DNA of 64,000 nt from Nageia nagi. Taxonomy: Eukaryota; Plantae; Pinophyta. Below the pieces are notes generated by a model, which saw nothing but the letters and a program-made list of their open reading frames with translations, searched no databases and was not told the origin of the DNA. Below, piece by piece: positions 1 through 11,935 of this stretch. The stretch covers positions 5,022,001 through 5,086,000 of the forward strand of contig JBITNC010000002.1 of assembly GCA_050084985.1 (NCBI GenBank). Reading direction: 5' to 3'. The position numbers and the translations under genes are program-made. How positions within the stretch are numbered: position 1 is the first letter of the stretch; the number at the start of each line of letters is the position of its first letter.

Positions 1-3000
1 TCTTCTGACCGAATGAAAGCATTCTTCTTGAACAAAGTCTTGATCAAGGTTGCAATCTTTTCATATTCTTTCACAAACTTATGATAGTACCCTATCAATA
101 TGAGGAAGCCCTGAAGCCTTTTAAAGACTTGGGAAGAGGCCAAGTTTACATATCCTCAATATTCAATGGGCCCACATTAACACTTTTTTCTGAAATAATA
201 TGCCCAAGGTACTCGAGCTCTTATCATCCAAAGGAACATTTAGAGTGCTTGGCATACAACTAGTTTTCTTGGAGGAGTTGCAAGGTATGATGTAGTTGGG
301 ACAAGTGATCCTCCCAAGTCTTACTATAGATCAAATTATCATCAAAGAAAATTAAAATAAACTTTTGAAGATAACGGAAGAATTGTTGGTTCATTAAGCT
401 TTAGAAGGTGGAAGGAGCATTAGTAAGGCTAAATGGCATTATTAGGAACTCATAGTGGCCTTCATGTGTGCAAAAAGCAATTTTTGGGATGTCTTCTTCA
501 CAAATATTGATTTGATGGTACTTGGATCAAAGATCCAATTTGGAAAAATATTTGGCACCATGTAATCCATCCAATAGTTCATCAATAAAAGGAATGGGAA
601 ACTTATCCTTTATGGTAATTTTATTTAGAGCTTAAAAGTTGATGTATATATGCCACAATTCATCTTTCTTACAAACCAATAAAATAGGATAAGAGTAAGG
701 AATCACATTGGGGCGAATGATGTCTGCTTCTAACATGTCTTGAACAAGCTTCTCTATTTCATCCTTATGTAAGCATGGGTAGCAGTAAGGTCGAATGTTA
801 GGTGATTGAATCCTTAGAATTAGCTGGATTGCATGATCATGAAGGTGATAGGGGGGCAATCCATGGGGTTCCTCAAATACACCAGTATTATGAGCAAGTA
901 CCTATTGTAGTTTTTGTACTTCTCTCGATTCTTGCATAGATGGTTGAATTGAGAATAATTCTACCACCACTGCTTTACCTCCCTTCTTAAATAGCTTCTC
1001 AATGTGATGTGAAATAATAAGTTGCGATGAACCTACTTTGAGTCCTTTAAGAGTATATTTATGCCCCCAACCTTGAATTGCATCCACAACTTGAAAAAAT
1101 CCTAGGGAGTATGTCCTAATATCATCATCCATTGCATACCAAGGATCACATCACAACTGCCTAATGGTAGAACATACATATCACTTTGCATTATGTAGTC
1201 ACCCATACTAAGCCTAACATTATGACACCATCCTTTACAAGCAATTTTACCTCCATTCCTGATCATCACCTCAAAATTGTTTTGTAGGTAAATATAAGAG
1301 TGGATATTTTTTTCCATGTTAGGATCCATAAAATTATGAGTGCTTCCTGATTCAATCAATACTATCAACATTTGTCCCTTAAAATGTCCTTAATATTTCA
1401 TGGTTTGTGGTGATAAAAATCCATATAGGGCATTGTAAGAAATTTTGGGAACAACTTCAGTAGGTTGATTTGGTTCCTCTTCAATATCTACCACTGCATC
1501 CTCAAATGTGTCTTTTGGCTATTCCATAGGGGCATTTGCATCCAATAAATATAACTTTTGAGTCGCATAATGATGACCCAATGCAAATTTTTCATCATAA
1601 TTATAACAAAGACCCTTTTTCTTACGTTACTCCATCTTGGAAGGAGTCAGTCTCTTAATTGATAGGGAATGATGTGGTTTTAGACCACTTTGAGAATTTT
1701 GTAATTTTCAAGTAGGTTACTTGGTGTATTTGCGTTATGCATTGAACTTTTCCTCTACTAATTTGGCAAGTCTGATTATTATTATCATGTTGCTAGGATT
1801 GAACATTTTTATTTCCATTTGAATTTCTTCTTATAACCCACTAATGAAACATCTATGAAATAATGCTTCATCTAATCCTTTAGTACGATTAGCAAGTTTT
1901 TCAAAGTTAGTTTGGTATTCTCTTACTATAGTATTTTGGTGCGATTTAGTGAGTGCACTGGTGAAGTCTTCAAAATTATTAAGGCCAAATTTAACAAGGA
2001 GGTTCCAAGTGAAATCCCCTAGGATGGGGTGTTATTTGCCTTTTCAAACCACTAGTACCATTGGATAGCTTCATGCTTCAGATGAAAGGAGGTGAGGTTG
2101 ACCTTTTGCACTTTAGGTATCCGATTCAAGAAAAAATATTATTCTACCTGATACATCCAACTAATGAGGTCATCACATCAAATATCAAAAAATATAGTTT
2201 GATCATACATGAAAGAATAAAGGCTTGTTGAAATACTTGATTTATACTAAAGCTTTTCCCAATATGTAGTTGAGATGGACTTAATTCACTTATAGTTGAT
2301 GATGTGTTAGTAATTGTTGCTTATTGTAGGAGTTGCAAACTTTTATTGAATGCACCATAACTGGAAGTTATAGCTTCCATTGACTTTTAGATCAGGATAG
2401 TGAGGAGGTGAAAATTACCCAATAGTTCTACCATATAGTCCACTCGTTATGATAATTTCTCCATATCCAAAGATATTCTATTGTTAGCCATCTTACTATT
2501 TTAAGAAACTGTTATTTTTGGAAATTGAAAAAATGTACGGGTGATATATATCAAAATAATTAGCATGAAAAAATAATCAAAATGGGATAGCTCCCAAAAT
2601 GATGATTTTCAAAAATTTATACTCTTTTTTCTAAAAGAATGTTATCGTACCTAGCGAACTGACTTTGTCAAAATTGCCTGATTTCTCATGATTTGAAAGA
2701 TAAAAGTTTTTACCAATTTTGGGAGTTGCTAAAACTAAGGTTTAGAAAGGAGGAAATGTTGTTTCATAAATGACGATAGTTTGTACTATGAATTTTGATA
2801 CACAATGAAGAGATGGATGAATAGAAAGGCATGATACAAGAATGGCATGGTGTGGAAAGAGATCATGAACTATGGTGGAATAAAACCATGCAAATTTCTA
2901 GAAAATTTTTGATAGAGTTTTGGTTGTAAAAGGGGAAAAATATAGGTTTTCAACTTGATGCGACCTTGAAGTTCTAGCAAAATTTTGAAAATGTTTCGAC

Positions 3001-3427
3001 TAGAAACACCCATATCTCAACATTTTGATGCTAGATGTTAGGAATCTACAAGTTCTTAAACAAGATTTAAGCCAAATAATAGGTAAATACAAGTTTAATG
3101 TAAATCTGAATTAACAACAACAAAGAAATATGAATCATAATAGAACACGATAGCAATAGAGTAACTTTACTAAATATCAAAATGAATCACGGGCTACTTC
3201 GAGGGGGCTACCTTCATACAACTCAAACAATATATTTTCCAAGACAATTTCTATTCTTCTTCCACACATAGTTATAGTCCACCTACCCTAACCTTAATCG
3301 ATCGTTTAATATAAAATGGGGATTCACCTTAAAAATATGTCAGTCCACCTTACATTTAATATAAGTTGATAGTCTAATTAATTAACTACTATAATCTAAG
3401 TAAATGTTAGGATATGGGATCCTAACA
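1..3427 (-). mobile_element. Degenerate Ty3/Gypsy LTR retrotransposon (5' LTR, gag, protease, RT); truncated by the window edge
   Basis: RT remnants (PYCYP..KDEIEKLV; [12 protein letters not shown]) at 1-900, protease (VLIESGSTHNF) at 1102-1371, gag remnants at about 1550-2200. LTR 3036-3427 is bounded by TGTTAGGA...TCCTAACA with a decayed Met-PBS next to 3036. Confidence 0.85.
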
Positions 3428-4020
3428 AATCAACAATAATTTGAATTGGTTCAAATTCAGTATCAGGTGGTTTAGTTAGATATGACCATTTGGTTGAGTA
3501 TAGTGTGATTTGGATTCAATTCATAATTCAATCAAATAGGTTAAATTTTCGATGGGAAATGTCAATTTTTTGAGAAAACAATAAGGAAAAAAAGATTTAG
3601 ATAGTTTTTTATGGAAAAATTTGTATGTTGGCATGCAAAGTTAGAAGGAAATTAGAGATATTAGATTAAGATTTTAAGGTGATTCAGTATTAAGTTAGCC
3701 ATTTTGGCAGTTTTGATTAATGTTTAAATAAGAATGTCATATGACACATAATAGCATTTTGCAATTGGAAAAGTTAGAAATGGCTAGCCAAAGATTTAGA
3801 ATTTCATAAATTTAAGAAGAAATAAAAAAATTCAAAAAGTGTATTTTTAGATAAGTCCTCTTGATTAGGGGAATCATTTAGAAAGTCCTTTGATCTTGGG
3901 GACACAAAGAATTCAAGGCAACATGTAAGTCCTCTTAATTGGGGAAACTAAGTAGAAAGATAATCCTTTATTCTTAGGGCTTCAAAATAATTCAAGGTAA
4001 TAATGTATGATATATGGTTA

Positions 4021-4145
4021 TAACATGCAATTAGATGATGCGACCAAGTTTAGATTATTTTTAATTTTTAGTTATAAAATGCAATTGAGTTGTGCAACCA
4101 AGTTCAAATTATTTTTAGTACTTACTTATAACATGCAATTGGGTG
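4021..4145. repeat. Degenerate ~58-bp tandem repeat, resumes at 5415-5483 after the CACTA insertion
   Basis: Unit approx. CATGCAATTGAGTGGTGCGACCAAGTTTAGATTATTTTTAGTACTTAGTTATAA is seen on both sides of 4146-5414. Confidence 0.6.
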
Positions 4146-4524
4146 CCTTATAACACAAATCAAGTTTAACATCAAAGTGGGCATAAAACCCTATTGTATT
4201 TTAAAAAAAATGCAAAATACTACCGCTAAAGATGACACTAATGTACATGTTAGGATTAGAGTCACTTTTAACGTCATAAAAAATATGATATGGTGTTATA
4301 TTTAGCATCATATTGTATCACATATATTGTCACTTTTCATCATAATTGACGTAAACAAATATTTTTTATCAATTATAGCAGTACTTATCATCATTAAAGT
4401 TAGTTATTACATCATTGGGCATCAAGTATTGCATTAGTATTAAAGTCAGAACATAGAATTTTGGGGAAAAAATATTTTTGATTATTTTTGAAATCATACT
4501 ATTGTTTGTTTCATTTAATGAAAG

Positions 4525-5043
4525 GAAATCCAATTTTAAAGAGTCTTTTGTGTATGTATAAACCCTATTACAAATATCCCAATTTGGTGCATGCTTTGAG
4601 CACGATAAGAAAGGTGAATTGATTTGGTTGGACCATTATCATTATTTTTTGCATTTGGTGAAAAAATGTCAATGCCTTTCAAAGAAATCCATGTCTTTAG
4701 TAACCTATAATTATCACATTCCATGAGAAGATGTCTCGTTCAATCATATAGTCAAAACCTTCACAGGCATCCACTAAACTTTTGTAGTTGACATTCATGT
4801 GGATAAGTCTATTTGAAAACAATTATGCATGGATGGACCAAATTTAAGTCTGAGGTGATTGATGAGTGAATGAAGGATATTACCCTCTAGAAGGGTATTG
4901 TTGGCGATGCAGGTCTGCAGGAGTTGAAGACATGTTGAAGAGCATAGAGAGCAATGTGCATCCATATCTATCATAAGCAAAATGGGCATTACATCCTTCA
5001 ATAAAATCCACTTTTAAAGAGTCTTTGATAAATGTATAACCAT
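4525..5043 (-). pseudogene. PLS-class PPR gene fragment (N-terminal part), disabled
   Basis: SSTCLQLLQTCIANNTLLEGNILH, then after a frameshift SLVDACEGFDYMIERDIFSWNVIIIGY*RHGFL*KALTFFHQMQ..VQPNQFTFLIVLKACTKLG. Confidence 0.8.
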
Positions 5044-5259
5044 TGGATGCAGAAATAGCATCAGAATAACCTTAAAAAAAATGAGATCACACATAAACCA
5101 TGATCCAACCATTGATTAAACCATTTAATCGATGATTATACATACATCAAAGACTTTTTAAAGAGGATCTTATTGAAGGACGTAATGCTCATTTTGCTTA
5201 CTAAAAATAAAGATGCACACTGCTCCCTATGCTCTTCAACATGTCTTCAACTCCTATAG
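4915..5259. repeat. Long inverted repeat (arms about 4915-5043 and 5132-5259)
   Basis: The arms are reverse complements, roughly 85% identical by eye, with a perfect 29-bp stem 4919-4947/5227-5255. Confidence 0.9.
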
Positions 5260-7114
5260 AAAATAGCATCAAAAATAGCATCAAAGATAGTGTCAAAACA
5301 TGAAAAAATTACATAAAATCAATGCTTGATGTCATTATGATTCCTATTAATGCTAAAAATATCAAGACATATTTTCTCACTACTCTAGCACTAAATGACC
5401 TTTGTGTTGTAGTGGTGGTGCGATTGAGTTTCTATTCCTTTAGTACTTTGTTAAAGCATGCAATTGAATGGTGTGATCTAGTTGATGTCCTCTTTGGTAT
5501 TTGGGGCAAGTAAGTATATGGTTCTAGAATCTTCAATAATGGGGATGTACTAAGTTATTTAGTGGAACCTTCATCATGTAAAGGTATGTTGAGATACCAT
5601 GTTTCTTAGAGTTGAAAATAATATTGATAAAAGGTTTGATATCTCTTCATAATAATGCCATTGTTGGTGGGGTTCTAATGAAATATATGTTATATGAAGA
5701 TGATTTTTTTTTACATTCATACAAAGGTACATTATATTTATTTTATCTTGTACTAATGGTAGTTGCAAGATGTAGTCTATGTTATACAAAGCATATCTTT
5801 TACTTGTTGATCCTTCAAGGGAGAGTTTTCATTTTCTATTTTGGAGCTATTTATTAGTGATAGATAGAATATATATGGCTAACTCTTCAACATGGAATAA
5901 ATTTTTATGTTTATTTCATCTTAAACTAACAATAAAAATTGGATGAAATATATGTTATAGGAAGCATATCTTTTGTAAGAAAGATTTATTATGTTGAATT
6001 CATCTTGTTCTCGTATGTTTAGCAATGACATAGGTAATATATATTTAGTGATGAAAAGTATTAGCAAGTAATATATATCATATTAATTTCATTTTGATCT
6101 AACTGTGATATATTCTATATGTTGGGATACCACAATGCGTAAATGCACTATAGATAACAAGTAAGATGTAATTTTATTTATTTTTTGTTTGATGTCTTTT
6201 GAAAGGTTTTGTTCTTTGCCTTAGTGCCTCCAATTTTGAATAGGTATTCATTATAGTGACTAAGCCATATAGGGGGCATAAGATATGGGAAATATAGGGA
6301 GCTCCAAGTTTCACTATGAAGATTTAAGAGGGAAGTATTTTTGGTTTTCCTTCGAACTATATCTTTGATATTGTTAAAGATATATTCAAAGGGGGCATTT
6401 GCTAATGCATAAATTTGATTTGTATTTAATAAAATACCATATTTTAGGTATCTAAGTATTAGAGTAATTTAATTATTTATTTTTGCTATATTTATGGAAA
6501 AATATATAATTTTAATCCTTTCTATTCTTTTAATGACATGTCCAAGGAGCACTAGCTAAGGTGTCTTAGTCAACTGTGGAACCTCTCATCTATATAAGGA
6601 AGGAAGGATGTGACATTGATCATATTTAGATCTTAATAGATTCACTAATACATACTATTTATCAATGTCTCTCAACACCATCTATCAAATCTAGATTTGA
6701 TCTTTCATTGCTTACTACATTCCTTATTCATGATATTGTAGTTTAGGTTTGATAGCCTTAGAAAACAACCTTAATGACACATATAAAGGTAATGAGAGAG
6801 AATAGTCATATGACATCATACTATAATACACCAACACACTATGGTATGCCAATGCACCACATCTAATAGGAAACAAAGGTTCAAATTTGAGGAGTGAGTT
6901 GTCTAGACCTTGTTGAGACCATATCTTGGTTGCGATTTGTTCGGTATAGGTAAAAAATAAGTTTTTAGTTCATATGAATTCAAAATTGATTAGGTTAAGG
7001 TCAATATAGATATTTGGTCTCTTAAGCTATATTGTTGATAATTATGCTTTTTATTTAATATTTTATTTATTATATTTGATATTATATTAATTGAGTAAAA
7101 TTAATTTTTAGTAT

Positions 7115-7772
7115 TGTTGACACCTAATTTTGGTCACCTTAAGGTGGCCCCGCTTAGGTGTTATATTATATTGATCCTATATCCTATTATTGGTGTTATT
7201 ATTGGTCCTTTCTCATGTAATCTTTTTATTTTTATGCTTAGTACCCCAGTTTCAGTGCTATCCTTCATAAAGGGATCTTGGAGGTTATCTTGCATACATA
7301 AAGGTAAGTATTATTGCAGGGAAAGTTATCAAGATTTCAAATCTCTATAACTAGTACCACTTCAAAGTTCAAGTATTTCTTAACATTAGCTATCAATATT
7401 GGGATCTTGTTACCATGCACATATATGTTATTCCATATTTCACAATTATATGTTTGGATTGATTTGTTGATATTCTATTGTGCTTGATCCTTGGTGGCAA
7501 ACTCTACTCGATTGGATGGCTAGTGTCTGTGCTATCGTGCACATTTGCATAGCTATTTTGAACCTAGCATTCGATCTCCTATAAGTGTAAATGTTGCCCT
7601 TGTTTCTATTGTGCTCCATGGCATTCACACATCAAGGTCACTTATCTTTGAAAAGTTTCTTACTTGCATATAATCAGCTCCTCCCAGGTATGTATTCACA
7701 AGTATTTGTCTTTCACTTGATCCCTTTCTCTTTAGTGCGTGTGTTCGTTTATTTTGATATTTTGACCCAATA
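7115..7772 (+). mobile_element. Probable LTR remnant (solo LTR-like)
   Basis: Starts TGTTGACACCTAATTTTGG, a typical LTR terminus, with LTR-like composition. No TSD confirmed. Confidence 0.35.
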
Positions 7773-7954
7773 ATTTGTTATTTATTTTTATACTTATTAT
7801 TAGATTATTATTCATTTTTTGTTATTTTATTATTTATATGTTTATCTGAGTTAAATAACTAGGATAATACATAATCACATGTTAAGTGTTTTATCATAGT
7901 TTCTACTTAGGTTATCCTAGAGGTACTAAAAATACTACAAGTATCAACAACTTC

Positions 7955-8810
7955 CTTACTACAACAATTCCTTGCATATCCTGCAATCATTGCATTCCGT
8001 AAAATTATTTATTCAAAACACATCTTGGAAAATAAAACCATTGTTTTCTTAATGATCACACATTTTGCATACATGTGTCTATTAGGGTTATTATCAGTTG
8101 CATAAAAAAGAAACCTGTATTTAATTTTTTCTCTATCAATTATAATGCCCCCCACTTTTAAAGCTATAAAATATATATATATAACCATAAGTAGAATACT
8201 AGAAAAGATTAATTTGTTTGGTAGAACACCACTTCCATTTTGTTTTATTTGGTGGAAGAGGGTCAATGCCTCCTTAGAAATCCCTTGTTTTCTATAAGAT
8301 GCAACCATGAAATTCTAAGAAAGTACATCTCTTTCATCTATTGCAATACCTCAAAAATCTATAGAGCGTCTTCATGAAGCCCAATCTTGGATCACAAGAA
8401 GCTCTTAGCTTTTCAAAGGAAACCCGTTATCATGATATCCATCCATGAACAATATTTATTGATGTTTTCATAATCATGTTACTCCTGGTTTTCTTTTTTT
8501 TTGTATAGGAATTGTTAATGATAATTTAAAAGTAATTTTATGCATTAGGTTCTTCTAATAATAAATGTACAATGTAAATGGTTAGTGAATTTAGAGATAA
8601 ATAGCCCTTCCATTCTCTCTTATTCAATTTCATAACACTAATTTGAATTTCCATGCTCCATTTTAGAGATGCAAAAGTTGTACATACAACTAGAATGCTT
8701 GCAACAGAGAAGAGTTGCATATACCTTGAGATGTTTAATAGCTACTTTGAACTCTCTATTAGTCTTCTTTATTTTTTAAACTAGCTATCATATCATGATG
8801 CCAACATTCT
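7955..8810 (-). pseudogene. Jumbled PLS-class PPR pseudogene fragments
   Basis: ERDVLS*NFMVASYRKQGISKEALTLFHQ..PNKLIFSSIL; HMYAKC; NAMIAGYARN; GYHDNGFP; VASILVVCTTFASLKWSMEI. Confidence 0.7.
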
Positions 8811-9048
8811 AATTTTAGGACTCTCTAAAATAGCAAGGGATGTGTTGTGTTTATGTGTGTCCTCTACAGATTTCCCCTTAAGGGAATGGTAGATATTGGA
8901 TGTGTGATTGATGAATGGTTTTAGCATTTCAAAATATAATAGAGGAGAAGAATACCAAGAACATATAGTCAAATAAGATAATAAGCCAAACTATTAGTAT
9001 CATAGAAAGATTTTGGAACCTTTATGAATGTTTCTCTAAGCCTAGGGT

Positions 9049-9118
9049 AATTGCACTCCAAAATTCAATATCCTATAAAGCCACAATCTCTACATCACTT
9101 CTAACATCCTTTGGTGTC
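9049..9118 (-). pseudogene. Short importin-beta-1-like fragment
   Basis: Translates TPKDVRSDVEIVAL*DIEFWSAI (cf. plant importin-beta TAKAVREDEEPVALQAIEFWSSI, recalled). DNA is similar to 10470-10525. Confidence 0.6.
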
Positions 9119-10204
9119 TAATGATTCTCTAGATCTCGAGGGTGACTATCCAAGTAATCTATAGTAGGGAGGCTCCATGATCTCATATGCATATATTAAT
9201 TCCTATAATGGAATTAAGTTGAAATTATGCATATTGTTACTTTAATGAATCTGAGTTATAATTATCTTTACAATAATTTGTAAAGAGGTGTGCCTAGACT
9301 CATGCACAACATATGTGATTATTCACGAAAGAGGATTATTTATTTGTGCCTTGATTGCTTGATTATGAGAAACCCATCACTTAAGAAAGATTTAAGGCAT
9401 CTTGAAGGTACAATGGACAACCAAGCTAGGAGTGAGGTGAATAAGTATCCTAAGCATGAGGTTGACTAGTTAGATATAAGAAGGTACTTTGGTTAGATAA
9501 AAAAAATAAAAGAGAGAGAAAATGCAAGTGTTGTTAGGGCATATGATTAAAATTCTAATTATACATGCATGTCATAATGTATTGAAATGAAGGTTTATTA
9601 TGTTGAAATTGATATTTCATGTTTGACTCTTAGTCCTAGTCCTTAGAAACAATACTTGATTTACATAAACGGATATTTATGTATTTGAAAAAAGTCCCTA
9701 GATACCCGCTTGCCACATCTTTGATGGTTAGGGTAAGTAGGGATGTTGAGACATATGCCCATTATATAGAGGGATCAGGTTATCCATCATTCCATTCTCA
9801 CAAAAAACATCCTTTAGTTAATAAAAGCAAGATTTCAAATGAGCAAAGGGTTAAATATTATTTTTATCAATCCAATTCTTAAGATCATATCCTAAAATAT
9901 ATGAGCATTTTGTAAACCCAAGCAATATGGAGAATTAGCTAGGGTTTTTGATACATCTTGGAGATCAATTTGAGCAACCTTGCATGAAGGTTACTTAATC
10001 CATGGTCAACCATGAAGTGAGGTAAAATTATTTCGATTGCTATTATTATCATATTTGCATATGTTTTGGAGTTATGTCTTATAGCTTTACACCATTTTGG
10101 AAGCTTCACGTATCCATCATTGGAGCATTCTTGGATGAAAAGGTAATTTCTTATCTCTACTAAGGTATATTTCATCTACTTCACCTCCTTAACTTCATTG
10201 GCAT

Positions 10205-11345
10205 AATCATTTCATTGGCAATTTCTAATTTCTTACTATGGTGGAAAATATTTTATTCCTTCTCTTCCTCTTTGACATCTTGTAGAACAAATTTTGTATG
10301 AGGCATATATCCTATTGCTTTCATCACCACAGAAAAGATCTCCATACAATCTCCAATAGCAAAGGCACAAGCGCAAGTAATGCTTGCTTTATAGAATGAA
10401 AATGGCAAGTATCAAAATTTGCAATAAATTCCCTATCATACTCTTCTTGAATTGATATCGTAAATTGCAATAAATTCAATAGCTTGCAAAGCCACAACCT
10501 CTATATCACTTCTAATAGCCTTTGTTTTGATCCTCAAGATTTCTTCCATGTAAGGTGTAAGTTTTTCATAATAGATTAAATAAATTCAACCAATGCATTC
10601 AAATGCACTTTGCCTTATGTTGGTATCTATGGAAAATATTTTTTCATAAATAACATGCATAATGTACTTCCATTGTGGGTGTAATATGATAATAATCATT
10701 CATGGATTTGAAGTATTGATATCTCTCTGTCATTAGATTTGCATGGTTGCATGTAGATAATACACTAATAAATGTAAATATCATTTGGATTATTGCACAC
10801 ATATTCCATTTGTTCAAATAGTTTGATGGCTTCCTTACTATAACCATTCCTTGAATACCCTACAATCATTATAGTCCATGAGATGGTTTGTTCATAATGC
10901 ATCAAATAAAACCCTTATCATCTTAATGCTTCTACATTTTGTGTACATATCTATCAAGGCTATTATCACAATTGCATGATAAAGAAATCCACATCTACTT
11001 ATTCTTCCATGAATGTCCATACCCCATTTTAAATCTACAAAAGTTACACATACAACCAAACTATTTGCAACAATTGTTGAATCTAGTGTGGAACCAATGA
11101 ATTATATTTTCTAAAAATACTTGAGAGCCTCTAAACCATGCTCGTTTTGTGCATATCATATGATCATTGCATTCCATGAGATTGTATCTCTCTACTGCAT
11201 TTCCCTAAAAAGATTTTTAGCTTTCCTTAAGAGACCCAATTTGAGAATATCTCGTAATCATTACAATCCATGAGATGATGTCTCTTTGTTGCATTTTGTC
11301 AAATAATATGTTCCCAAACTTAGCATACATATCTATCAAAACATT
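10205..11345 (-). pseudogene. PLS/DYW-type PPR pseudogene interrupted by an importin-beta fragment
   Basis: NVLIDMYAKFG, RDTISWNAMI, FISVLSTCNHANL..YFKSMNDYYHITPTMEVHYAC, then after the insert MKAIGYMPHTKFVLQDVKEEEKE*NIFHHSKKLEIA (E+/DYW start, HSEKLA-like). Confidence 0.8.
10350..10666 (-). pseudogene. Importin subunit beta-1 (karyopherin beta) gene fragment
   Basis: YIMHVIYEKIFSIDTNIRQSAFEC..YYEKLTPYMEEILRIKTKAIRSDIEVVALQAIEF..IKQALLALVPLLLE, matching recalled importin-beta YIMRVVCEATLSPEVKIRQAAFECL..YYEKLAPYMQDIF..VALQAIEFW..IKQALPALVPMLLE. Confidence 0.75.
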
Positions 11346-11347
11346 CG

Positions 11348-11667
11348 ACATCAAAAGTGGTTTTTTATAAATTTTTTCAAAAAAGTAATAATATGATAAT
11401 AGTATAAAACCATCTTAGGGTATTTTAGGACAATTATAAACCATCATAATAAACCCTAAGAGGGCAATTTATAACTACCATAAAAGAACCTAGCACAATG
11501 GTTTTAAACTTTCCTCATAAGGTTAAAGTAAGGTAATTTTTCATGATGATTTTTAATTGTGTGCCAACTTTTTAAAAATACCTTCATACACAACAGTTGA
11601 ATAACCATAGTTAAAGGTCTTTTACAATGGTTTAGAACTATCGTGAAAGACCTTTTTTAGTGTAGTG
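11348..11667. mobile_element. Small non-autonomous CACTA-like element
   Basis: Right end TTTTTTAGTGTAGTG, AACCATC/ATGGTT subterminal repeats, TCG on both flanks (11345-11347, 11668-11670). The left terminus lacks the first CACT. Confidence 0.5.
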
Positions 11668-11935
11668 TCGAAATTGGACAATTACTTGTTCATGTAATTT
11701 CATGAAAAGGAATATGACATATATTCTAGGGATCCCTAGGCTCTCAAGCCTTTGGAATATGAGATATCTAGGGACAATATCAAAGGCTTTACGAAAGTCA
11801 ATAAAATAACAATAAAATTTCCGTTTATAGGCTTTACGAAAGTCAATACAGTAGTTTCTATGAAAGAAAGCTTGACCAAATGCATGAAGATTATGCATTT
11901 CAACACTAGATATGAACACATCAAGAGTCATAGCA
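11668..11935 (-). mobile_element. LINE reverse-transcriptase fragment
   Basis: FIDFRKAFDIVPRYLIFQRLESLGIP motif, with a local duplication of the IDFRKA segment. Confidence 0.7.

Larger units (their letters stand above)
4146..5414. mobile_element. Non-autonomous CACTA element carrying a PPR gene fragment (Pack-CACTA)
   Basis: Right TIR TTTGTGTTGTAGTG (reverse complement CACTACAACACAAA). Left TIR CCTTATAACACAAA (11/14 match). 3-bp TSD GTG at 4143-4145 and 5415-5417. Subterminal TAGCATCA-like repeats. It interrupts a tandem repeat. Confidence 0.7.

Noticed and set aside
4218-5420. Alternative CACTA boundaries TACTACCGCTA / TAGTGGTGGTG
   Set aside because: No TSD, and it does not restore the flanking tandem repeat; 4146-5414 does both.
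3430-6780. Possible larger non-coding LTR element surrounding the Pack-CACTA (PBS-like at about 3457, PPT-like at about 6390)
   Set aside because: No second LTR or TSD could be verified, so it is left unannotated.
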